This document shows positions 1 through 11,574 of a stretch of DNA of 64,000 nucleotides, piece after piece. The notes under the pieces were generated by a model that saw nothing but the letters and a program-made list of their open reading frames with translations, was not told the DNA's origin and did no database searches. The translations under genes were made by a program, and so were the position numbers. The stretch comes from Monocercomonoides exilis PA203 (lineage: Eukaryota > Protista > Preaxostyla), in NCBI GenBank assembly GCA_001643675.2, contig LSRY02000010.1, forward strand, positions 992,001 through 1,056,000, read 5' to 3'. Position 1 is the stretch's first letter. Each line of letters starts with the position of its first letter.

Positions 1-1239
1 TTCAAATCTGTTTTCACGAAAGAGCTGCTCAATGAAATGGACAAAATGATTAAAGAAAGGATGCTTTTGATGGGGAATGCAATTTTGCTACTGAAGCGTA
101 TTAGATATTGTAATGTGCTGAAAAATATATGGATTCCATGCTTTGAAGAATCTTCATTGAATAAAAGATTTAAAAAGATGATTATTGAAGAAGATATGAA
201 AAAAGATGGGAAAAATGAGAAGCTTCTTGTTGATCTTTGTGAATGCTATCTAACTCTTGATAAATGCTTCTCATATGAATTGCTTTTGATTTGCATGCTT
301 TCTATTCTGAAAGCTGCATCAGACAAAGAGGAAACCGACGAAGTTCAAAAAGAAGTGGAAATGGCTTTGTTGGAACTGAGCAGTCTTGGGATGTGGAAGG
401 TTAGATTTATTTGTTGATTGATTTTTAAATTGTCATTCTTCATTTATTGATATTTTTCTAATTTTTATTAGAAAATAGATCAAGAGCTGTATTTGAATGA
501 GATCAAAGAGATAATCCAATATCATCAAGAGCACAGAAATCTCACTTATCTTGCCTATCAATCTGCTTGGGAATTTTTGATAAAAAGATTACGTCTCAAT
601 GAAAATTTGAATGAAGTTCTTGCGAATGAACTGCATTCTGGAAGAGAGGCAGCAAGAGAATTGGAAGAGCTGTCAAAATGTGTCGACTGGAAGAGAAAAG
701 AAGAAAAAAATGGAAGAATAGAAGCGAAAGAAGTGATAATAATTGGGAGATGGATTGATATTGTTGACAATTACTTGACCTGGTCCGCATTGTGGAACGA
801 AGAACTTGCTGGACTTATCAGCAGCATTGTTCAGTTATTTCGAGCTTCAAGGGATAATTACAGAGAAATTAGCTATCGATGCATTGTGTTGTTCAAAAAT
901 ACTGCAACAAACGGAGTTGTGAAAATTGAAGGATTATTGGAAAGTGGTGCTTTTGATCTCATTTTGGAGGAGCTTCAACAATCAACAATGGATTTCATAA
1001 CAACATTTAATGGATTGTTATTTTTTATTAAGTTAACGAGGAGATTAAATGAAGAGGAGGATGAAAAAATGGAAAAAGAGAAAAGAAAAGAATTGAAAAG
1101 AAAAGTGCTTGAACGGATGGAAGAAGAAGGATACGAAGACATCATCATCAGCTTTCATGAAGTACTGAATTTTCATATATATCAACGTTTTTATTACGGA
1201 TTATCGTTGAATATTTCTGATTATTTTGTGAATGTTTAA
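1..1239 (+). CDS. Lineage-specific multicopy hypothetical protein, 5'-truncated by the window; exons <1-399 and 472-1239
   Basis: ORFs 37..417 and 493..1239 join in frame through an intron GT(400)..AG(471). Motifs LCECY, VQKEVEMAL, YQSAWEFL, ERMEEEG recur in paralogs at 35.7-39.9 kb and 63.7-64 kb. Confidence 0.75.
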
Positions 1240-1540
1240 GAAAATGAAATTTGAAGAATTTCATAACACAAAATGTTTATTTTTCTTTTTATCATGTTGC
1301 AAAATCGAAAATAATCATATGAATAAATTATTTTCAAATTAATCATTGTCTCACTTCATTTTGATGAAATGCAGGAAAAAAGAGAATTAAAATGCCTTCC
1401 ATTCTCTTCTTTTTCAAATGGTTTGTTTGTTCATCAAGTTTCACGAGGCAAAAATCAGTGGTCACTTTTTCATTCATCTTCTCCAGCAGCCTCTTCTCTG
1501 ATTCTTTGGAAGATTAGTTGCTATTCATCTTCTTCCTTCT

Positions 1541-1575
<35 letters not shown>

Positions 1576-2569
1576 TAATAATACGTAATATCAAAGAAAC
1601 AAAGATGTGATATCAAAACGCACAGATAAAATAACTGGTTTTGTGAGATTAACGAGGTTGAAAAGTGAAGTTAATTTCTTTTTTCAACCAGTAGGCTTGT
1701 TGTTGCTTCTCGACCGCATTAGCTAACTTTCTCTTTCTGTTTCGCCTTCCAATGAACATCGTCAAATAATCAACAGAAATATAACATTTATAGACCATTT
1801 CGAATAAGCTAGAAAAAAGAAGATTTCACCAAAAATGAAGATTACTATGAAATACCTTTTACGAAATTGTCTGAAATATTCAATAGAAAAATATTTTCCT
1901 ACCCTTTTCATTATTCTTTTACTGTTTTGCTTCTTCTGAAAACAAAAATACGTTTTGACAGGAGTTTAAAAAACTATTCTTTTTAAAATTCGTAGACACA
2001 ATAGCTCTGCAATTCATGTTCTTCCCCTGAATGTTTCGAAGGAAGAGAAAAGAGGGAAAGATAATTTTCAGATAATAAAAGATATCTAAAAATCTAGAGA
2101 TTTTTCATTTTGAAAAACAGACATCAAAAAACTAATTTCCTTCTGCAAATTGGAGGCTATTTTCCTTTCAGATTTTAGCAATTAGAAATACATAATTGTC
2201 GAAAAACAACAGAAATTTGAGAGAATGAGATATTTAACATGCATGCAATAGAAGGAATAGCAGAAAGTGAAAGTCAAAAATGTTAAAAACACGAATAGCG
2301 AATACAATAAAGAAGAAAGGAACTTGAAAATATTGACAGATAGACTGAGAGCACAATAAGGAAGAAATCATTTCAATCGCTTTTTAAAAAAATTGTCAGA
2401 AATGTAAACAACAGAAGAGAAACATTAATCGAGCAGGTATTCGGTTTTGATGTTTTTGCTACACTTTATTCGATGTTATGAAATAATATGGAATTTTAAA
2501 AAAATTTTTTTCTTAGAAAATCAATTTTTTTTGTGAAAAGATCAACAATATAAATAACTTGAATATTGC

Positions 2570-5500
2570 ATGAGTAAATCTGAAGAAGAATGTTCTTTTC
2601 GAGACGAATCACGCAAATCAAACTGTATGATAGCAATAATAAAACTTCTTATATTTATTATTTTTAATGAAATTGATAATATTTATGTTGAAATGATTAA
2701 TTATCGAATATCAAGTAATTATTCATCCAGACATATTCTGCAACAGGTGCAAAAAACAGGTTATCGGAATTCGATACAAATGTGTTGATTGTGCTGACTT
2801 TGATTTATGTTCACAATGCGAGCCCTTTCGCACAACATTTCACAATCCAATTCACAAATTTTCTCGTATCGACAAACCTTTACAGCCTGGACAGCAACTT
2901 CTTGTTAATGATTTATCTCAGCCAGTATCAAATGGAACTCCTTTGTTTTGTGATCCTGTAGCGTTTCGCGCATGGCTGGAGCAAGCAGTCAAAGCGCCTG
3001 ACGGTGTTGAGACTTTAAAACAAATACGTGCAAGCCCCTATTTCATTCATTTTATAAGGTCCTTTGTTCCTCTACAAACTATATGGGATCATTTTGCAGA
3101 AACGTATGGACTACAACCAATAACGTTGAAATCTGCTTCATTGTCGCCTCTTTCTTTATCAGCTTTATCCCCTTCTTATAAATTTCCTGAGGCAGGCGAT
3201 TTCCCATCATTTGCAACTTTTCTTTTACAGCCGCGACCTTCTCAAAGTGTTTCTTTTCATTTGAAAACAAATGCACAACCTCAGCAATCTATTAAAGCTA
3301 ATTCAGTTCCATATTACACAGTGCCGGAACGCACCGAGAGCACTGATTTGCAGTCAAGAAATTATTCTGGGAATGTTACTCAAAGGCCCGCTTCTGCATC
3401 TGCAGTTCTGATTCCTTCGTCTTCGCGAGGGGCTCTTTCTCCGTTCGATAATTCTCCGAAGCCTCAAACGCCCTCGATTTCTGCTCTTTCATCTTCCGTT
3501 CCAGCCGACGAGGCAGCTGCTCCTCCAGATCAGATGCGCTGGCGTCCGGACTTGGGTGTTGCCCAGAAGACGCAGCGGCCGTCTCCCGGCTGCCCCGCAA
3601 ACACGCAGCTGCCTTCTCCGCTCTTCGCCTCTCTGCCACATTCGCCGTCAACCATATCAAACTCCCCCTTGTTGGCTCAACTTCATTCGCCGGCACAAAC
3701 ACAAGGATTTGTGTCACCTCGCCAACAGCAACAGCTTCAGAATCAGCATCAGCTTCAACAAATTCAGCAATCATCACAAACTCTACAACCACAACAAACA
3801 CTGCAATCACAACAATCACAACGTCCCATCCTTCCAAAGCACAAATCCACTCGCTCGCTGCCTGGCTCCTCGTCTTTGGAGCTTTCGTCGCATTCTCAGC
3901 CATTTCAATCACTTTATCGCCAGGTTCAATCTCCTTCTTCCTCCTCCTCCTCTTCTTCTGCTGCTGCTATATCATCATCACCACCTTCTTCCTCTGCTTC
4001 TTCTTCTTCTTCTTCATTATCACTGTCCCTCTCACCATCCACCCCTTCCTCCTCTGCCAAGCCTTATCCCCCTCTCTTCTCCTTGACTGCATCCACCACC
4101 CCTTCTGCCACACCGCCTGTGATGTCTGGACTCCGCGCCTCTTCTGCCCAGCTCCCGTTTCCACACGGAACTTCATCTTATTTCCGCAATTCGCCTTCTC
4201 CATCGTTTCTATCTAATAATAATACTTATAATAACAACAATAATAATAGTAATAGTTCTTTCAATCAGCATGTGAAATCTCCACGTACTCCTCTTCTGAA
4301 TGAGCATGGTTATACCCTTCCTTCTTCTTCTACATCTCCTTCCTCTTCCTCTTCTTCTTCCTTCTCCTCTTCTTCTTCCTTCTCCTCCTCTTCCCCCATC
4401 TCCCTCCTCACCCACCCAACACACACAAGAAGATCCTCTACCCCTCTTATCCCTCAGTCTGCCTCTGCCCCTCTTCCTCAAACAGACCTCGTCCAATCTC
4501 CTTCTCAGCACACCCTTCTGCCTCACACACACTCTTCCCTCGCTCTCTGTTCTTCTTCTTCTGCTTCTGCTTCTTCTATTTCTTCTTCTTATCCTTCTGC
4601 TTCATTTATTAACCCTTCTTCTGCTAATTTCTCATCCCCCATGCTTTCTCCATCGGCCATTCCATTTATTCCTAACAGACAAGACTCTTCTTCTTCTTCC
4701 TCCTCCTCCTTCTCCTCCTCTGCTTCTTCCTCTGCTTCCTTGTCTTCACCTTTATCCTCGTCTTCTCCGCCTTTTTCTGCCTCTCCTTATTCACTTCATT
4801 CACATTCTCTATCAGCAATGGCATCTTCTTCTTCTTCTTCCTCTTCTGTCTCCCCAACACTTAAATATCCTTCCATCATAAAGTCTTCTTCTTCCTCTTC
4901 CTCATCCTCATCCTCTTCATTTTTATCTTCTTCTTCTTCTGCTTCTGCTTCATCATCATCTTCTTCTTCTTCATTTTCTCCTTCCTCTCCTTCTCTTCTG
5001 TCAACTTCATTGTCAACCACACCCACTGCCTCTCCTTCAATCTCTTCTCCTCTCTTCAAACAGAACTTATTGTCTCCTCTTTCTTCTTCTACTTCTTTAG
5101 CTTCTTCTACTTATCCTGCTGCAACTTCTTCTTCTCCTCCTTTATCTTCTTCTTCTTCTTCTTCTTCTTCTTCTTTTTCTCCTTCTCCTCTTCCTCCTCC
5201 TCATTTTGTTCCTCCCTCTTCAAATCGAGATATTCATTTTGAATGTCCCATTCAATCAACCTCTTACAGCAAGGAATCTCGTTCATTTAACTCAAATGAT
5301 GACTTCTCTTCCCTTGAAACACTCAACAATACCTCTTCATTCAGTCTGCTGTTCCATCAGCTTTCTTTGAGCAAAGAAGCAGAAGCAGAAGCAGAAGCAG
5401 CAGAAGTGTCAACAACAACAAAAACAAAAACAAAAGCAACAAAACAACCTTTCAATCAGTTTGAAGAGAATCTTGTTTCTTCTCCGTTTTCTTCATCTGA

Positions 5501-8500
5501 ATTGCAACTTTCAAACAATACAGCAGCAAATTCTTCAGACGAAAAAGATGAATTTCAAAGGTATGCTTCTGATAGAATGCAATCAACAACATATGCTGAA
5601 ACTCTTAGTGGAATTAGCATCAACGACAATAACAATGTGGAAACGACATCAACATTATCATCAGTATCATCATCAGTATCATCAACTCCTCAGGCAGATG
5701 CAGACAACATTAATCAGATTGACAATAACAGTCGGAACAATCATAACAATCATATCAAACTAAACAGCGTAAGAGCATTTGACGATCTTCTTCGCCCTTT
5801 CCTCTGCTGCAAAACAGCCTTCACGCCTCCTTCCTTCCTTGTGCTGAGGGAGAAATACCAAAAGTTCTATTCACTTATTTCTCAGCTGTTCCATGGCATC
5901 TACTTCATCCGGCTGGCTCTTGTTCATCTTGTCGCTCGCACTTTCTCAACAGAAGCGCCTCAACTGCATTGCAATGTGGTGCAGGCAAGAAGAATAGGAC
6001 AAGAAGAAGATGGATTGAATGCAGAGTTGGATTCAGTATTGAATAAAGAGTTGGATTTGGATTTGGATTTGGAGTTAAAATCGACTTCTGCTTCTGCTTC
6101 TGCTTCTGCTTCTTCTTCGTCGTCACTTTCTTCATCTGAATCATTTGCATTTGACAATGATAATGATGCAAATTGTGTTTGTGGAAAAACATCTTCCCCA
6201 AAATTAAGTGAATTGCATTCTTCTTTGCATTCATCATCTGCCCCTTCTTCAACTGAAACAACCATTTCACACCCAAATAACCTCAAAAATGCCAAAAACA
6301 ATGAAATTTTCAATGAAACTCAGCCATTAAACATCTCACAGCTGTCAGATTTTGACTTCTTTGAGCACATGTTGTCTGTGATGACGCTCGAAGAAGGGAT
6401 TCAGAGGCTGCAGAGCGAGAAAGCATTGCCAGACAACATAGCAATGCTGCAGGTGGCTGATGATTTGAACGACAAGCTTCAGAAATACTGTTTGGAGGTG
6501 TTTGGTGAGTGTAATGAGCACAGAGGAGAGGAAGGAGAAAGAGAAAGAGAAAGAGAAGAAGGTGACGTTATTATTGATGGGGTTGCTGATAATGCTGATA
6601 AAGCTGGTGATTCTAATGTTGGTGGAATTTGTGATGTTTCAAATGAAATTGGCAGTGAATACACGAAGAATTCATTTTTAACTGAAAAAAGCATAAAAAC
6701 GGATAAGCCAGTAAATGATGAGCTATTCCAAGGAAGCAAAAATCCTTTTGCTTCTGAGTTTTCTTCAATTCCACCAGCAAACAACCAAATGAAGGCCTTG
6801 CTTACATTTCTATCAAAATACCCTTCAGAAAAAGAGAATCTTCAAATGAATCATAACAATGATGATAACAGTCATAGCATCAATTACAGTAATTTTATTA
6901 TTAATAGTAATAATAATAACAATAATAGCAATAACAATAGTAATAAACACAGCACAAACTCCACTGAGAAGGTTTCATCAGAGCCTTCTGCATGCATCTC
7001 CTATCCCGGCATCTCTCTAGTCGCTCTTCTGTCTATTGTTCAGTCTCTTTCCTCTTTCCACTCGAAATCTGCCCCAATCGGCGAAGAAGAGCTGAAAAAA
7101 GCTGTTTCTGTGATAGAGGCAGCGCCGCCGCTGACCGAAGAGACAGAAGAATGGATGAGGGGGCTGTGGCTGAAGATGCGGGAGGTGCTGGAGAAGATTG
7201 TGGTGGACAAGGAGAAGGAGATGATGGAGAAGGAGAAGGAGATGATGGAGAAGGAGAAGGAGATGATGGAGAAGGAGAAAAAGGAGAAGGAGAAGGAGAA
7301 GAAAAGGGGGATAATGGAGAAGATGGGGCAAATAGAGAAGACGGAGAAGAAGATGGACAAGATAGAGGAGACAGGGAAGAATAGCAAAACCAACAACATT
7401 GGATCGATCATATCAGTCGAAGCCAAAAGAGAGCCACTTGCTCTTCAACAGCACACGACTCAAGGGCAATCCGAAGCAGATGCAAAGTGTTCATTCGAAT
7501 CGGTTGCTTCTCTTCTCTCTCTCTCTCCTCCTGCGTCTCCTGCAGTCGGAAGATGGAGCCCCTCCGCTTTGTATCCGTTTGAGCTCCCGTCGCTTCTGCA
7601 GTCGCCGCCTCCACTGCAGGATGGGAGTGTCACAGCTAATGATGTCTTGTCTTTTGCGTCTTATTCTCCAACGGCTTCTTATTCGTCTTCTTCCTCTTCC
7701 TCTTCCTCCTCTTCTTCGTATTCTTCTTCGTTTCCTTCTTCCTCTTTGATTTGCTATCCATCGCTTTCTCTTGCGCCTTCTGCCATGAAGACTTCTTATA
7801 CCTCTGAAAACACTTCTTCATTATTGTCATCCTCGTCATCTTCTTCCTCTTCCTCTTCTAATTCTTCCTCTTCCTCCTCCTCTTCTTCTTCCTCTTCTTC
7901 AATCTCCAATATTGCCTCCACCACCACACTTGTGTGCAATGATTCCCCTCCTCTTTCTCTCCTCTCTCACTCACCCTGCGGCTTCTCTGAAGACTTTGCT
8001 TCACACAACACTCCAATCCATACTCATTCTCCTGCTTTTGCTTCTTCTCATTCATCATCATCTTCTTCTTCTTCTTCTCAATCTTCTTCTTCTCATTCCC
8101 ATTCTCATTCGCTTTCTGCTGCTTTGTTTCCGGACTTCACTTTTGAGCCGCTCAAAGACAGAACACCTCCTGTTTCTCCGGTTGGGCTGTATGACACGAT
8201 GAAATCAGAGGGATTTGCTCGTTTGTCTCCAATGTTGGTGGGGAGTGAGATTGGAAGAAGTAAAAATAATAATTATGATAATAATGTTTATGATAATGAT
8301 AATAATAGAAAGAATGATAAAGACAATAATATTGATAATATTGATAACATTGATAATAGCCATAAAAATTATACCAGTAGCAATTATAATAATAACAATA
8401 ACAATAATATCCTAAGTAACATCAGCAATATCAGCAATGTAAGCAGTGGAAGAAGAGAATGCTCTCCTTCGTTCCTGTCATCCCAAATGCTTTCTGCTGA

Positions 8501-9593
8501 GCAGTTGGCTTCTCAACATTTTGTGGACTCTTCAGATGGGCTGTGTGCAAAGGAATTGGCTGACGTTACAGAAACATATTTTCCTCGTTTAACTTCTCCG
8601 TCTCCGTCTCCTTCTCCTTCTTCTGTTTCTTCTTCTGTTTCTTCTTCTTCTTCCTCTTCCTCCTCTTCTTCTTCTTCTTCTTCGTCTTCTTCAACCTCTC
8701 CTTCAAATTCAGCGTTGTCTTCCACTGACAATAAGCAAGTGAGTGCAAATGCATCAAAGGCATTGAAGTTCTCAATCGATTGGATGAAGACTTTTTCTTC
8801 ATACTTCGACAACGTCAAGTTCATCTCCAAAAGCCGTCAAAACAAAGAAAATGCTGCAGATTCAAAGAAATTGCCTTCATCATCATCTTCTTCCTTTTCC
8901 TCTTCTAATTCTTCCTCTTCCTCCACCTCTCATTCTCCTTTCCCTTCACTTTCTCTTTCCCCTTCTTATCCTTCACAAGACCCACAACCCAACCCAAAAG
9001 GAAGTGTTACTCTTTTGCCTCCACCGTCATCCACAAAGCTGAGCGAGCTGCAAATGCCCATTCTGAACACAACTCCGCAGGCATTGCTGTCATTACAGGC
9101 ATCTCCATCACAATCAACTGCTTCTTCAGTCAATACATTTACAACTGCATCAGCAGCAACTCAGTCTATTTATCCAATCCAGACAAATAAGATGGCACAT
9201 TTTACTCAATTCAATCAATCAATGCAGTCAATGCAAAAAACCAATCCAACTCAATCGACTCAATCGACTCGGTCATCGTCTTATCCTCATATTCCCTCCC
9301 TCACTCTGCAGCCAGCCAACTCTTCTCTTTCACCTTCTCCCCTGTCTTCTTCATCTGTTCCTGTGTTATCTCTTTCTTCTCCTGCTTCACTAACATCTGC
9401 TATTCTTAATGCTGAGCAGACACGAAAGCACACTCCAGTGCAACGCCTTCCTCCTCCCCAGCTGTCTGCCCCTTGTTCTAATGCACATTTCTATCAATCT
9501 GGCTATTCGTATGTTTCTTCTTCTGACGCCCTTTCAAAAAAACAAGGTGTAACAATTCTTCCTCCTCCGCCTTTCCAACATCAACATCACTAA
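2570..9593 (+). CDS. ZZ-type zinc-finger protein with very long Ser/Asn-rich low-complexity body (~2310 aa); exons 2570-2624 and 2716-9593
   Basis: The 2943 ORF is open upstream to 2716 and reads HPDIFCNRCKKQVIGIRYKCVDCADFDLCSQCE..H..IHKF, a ZZ finger. Phase-1 intron GTATGA(2625)..AAG(2715) joins it to ATG 2570. Confidence 0.75.
7209..7279 (+). repeat. 21-bp tandem repeat x3 encoding KEKEMME
   Basis: aaggagaaggagatgatggag repeated three times in frame. Confidence 0.9.
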
Positions 9594-10340
9594 TTGCTGA
9601 TTTTTCTTTGTTTATCAGGAGTTTTCATTTTGCGATATTTGCTCTGTTTATCAATTTGAAATATTTTAATTAAAATATTTTCTTTTTTTTGAAATATATT
9701 ATTATTTTATTATTATTATTATTTTTTTATTTTTGAAGAAAAATTTTTTGATTTAAGAAAAAATTGTTTTTGAAAATCTCTTTATGTTGATGGAGATGAT
9801 TTTCGTCATTTTGTATATATGCTGTTATTTTGAGAGCTTTTTATATGTGTAATGTTTCTTGATTTTGTATTTCGAGTGCTTTTCACCTTTTTTGATTCAT
9901 ATTTATTTGGGTTATTTACTCGTATTTATCCTCAAATAAAAAAAATTTTTTTTCATTTTCTTTATGTTGCAGAAAAGTGTTTATCAGCATTTTCAAACCT
10001 TTTTTGTTAAAAAAATTTTTTTCGTTACAGTTCTGTTGCATATTGTTCTTTTACTGTTTTTATGTGCAACAATTTTTATTAGTTTACTTATTTTTAATTT
10101 GGATATTTTTTTCAACTAACCTATTTTGTAAGAATATTGCTTCAATCGTTTTGATTAACGATAAGAATTAGTTGTTTTCTCATAAAAGTTCTATTTTTGA
10201 TAAAGGAAAACACAATTAATTTTATTTTAAACAAAAAACAATTTCATTACAAATTATTGTCGATTATATTAATTAAATGGATATTCCAAAACAAAAATGT
10301 GATGAATGGTACTTACAAAAATTTATGAATAACATAACAC

Positions 10341-11366
10341 TTAAAGTTTCATCAATTTTGTCATCAAGTCAACAACACGGCATGAGTATCCCCATTCGTT
10401 ATCGTACCATGAGACAATTTTAACCAAGTTGTCCTTCACCATTGTGCATTGTGCATCAAAGATTGATGAGTGATGATTTTGGATGATATCAGATGAAACA
10501 ATTGGTTCTTCGCAGTATTCGAGAATTCCCTTCATTGGACCTTCAGCAGCGGCTTTCATTGCTGCGTTGATGGCTTCTTTTGAAACTGGCTTCTCAGCAA
10601 TGAATGTGAGATCGCAGCATGATCCAGTTGGAACTGGAACACGGAGTGCATATCCATCAAGTTTTCCCTTCAAAACTGGAATAACCTCACCAACGGCTTT
10701 GGCTGCTCCAGTTGTTGTTGGGATAACGTTGCATGCAGCATGACGAGCACGGCGTAAATCGTCGTGAATTTGATCGCAGATTCTCTGATCGTTTGTGTAT
10801 GCATGAACTGTGACCATCAGACCACGAACAATACCGAATGTATCGTTCAAAACTTTGGCAACTGGAGCCAAGCAGTTTGTTGTGCATGAAGCATTTGAAA
10901 CGCATTGGTGTTCTGGTTTCAAGTGTTCTTCGTTGACACCGCAAACGATTGTTGCGTCACATTGATCCTTTGTTGGGACTGTGATGATAACTTTCTTTGC
11001 TCCTGCTTTGATATGTCCATCATATCCGTCCTTCTTTGGTGTGGCGCGTGCTCTGTAGATTCCGGTTGATTCAACAACAACATCAATTCCCATTGGTCCC
11101 CATGGAAGTTCAGATGGGTCCTTTCTCTCGTTCAAAACCTCAATCAGATCATCTCCAACTTTTAATTTGTTTTCTGCTTCAATGAATTCAACTGGCTCAT
11201 TGAATTTTCTGTAAACTGAATCCCATTTCAACAAATGAGCAAGAGCCTTTCCATTAGCGAGATCGTGAATTGCAACTACCTTGAACAAGTCTTTTCTTTG
11301 ACGAAGGATACGGAACACAACTCTTCCAATTCTGCCAAATCCGTTAATCGCAACTTTAATTGACAT
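10341..11366 (-). CDS. GAPDH: Glyceraldehyde-3-phosphate dehydrogenase, intronless, bacterial-like type
   Basis: INGFGRIGR, catalytic ASCTTNCL, SWYDNEWGYS; S-loop HDDLRRARHAA. Confidence 0.98.
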   Translation of the reverse strand: MSIKVAINGFGRIGRVVFRILRQRKDLFKVVAIHDLANGKALAHLLKWDSVYRKFNEPVEFIEAENKLKVGDDLIEVLNERKDPSELPWGPMGIDVVVESTGIYRARATPKKDGYDGHIKAGAKKVIITVPTKDQCDATIVCGVNEEHLKPEHQCVSNASCTTNCLAPVAKVLNDTFGIVRGLMVTVHAYTNDQRICDQIHDDLRRARHAACNVIPTTTGAAKAVGEVIPVLKGKLDGYALRVPVPTGSCCDLTFIAEKPVSKEAINAAMKAAAEGPMKGILEYCEEPIVSSDIIQNHHSSIFDAQCTMVKDNLVKIVSWYDNEWGYSCRVVDLMTKLMKL

Positions 11367-11574
11367 GTCTAAGCCTTATGATCTGATCTACAACCCATTT
11401 TTCATGTGATGAAGAATGAAAAATACATATTATTGATCAATATTTTGATTTGTTTCAAGAAAATTTTCCAAAAATAAAAATAAAGTTTGAGTTACAACGC
11501 AACTTCAACTTTAATTTATTAGAAATAAATATAGAAAATGAATATTAACGATTACTAATAAAAAAATCAAATTA

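Noticed and set aside
3079-9042. Numerous overlapping and antisense ORFs within the Ser-rich gene (also within 15.8-23.6 kb and 55-63 kb genes)
   Set aside because: Shadow ORFs caused by low-complexity codon repeats lacking stops
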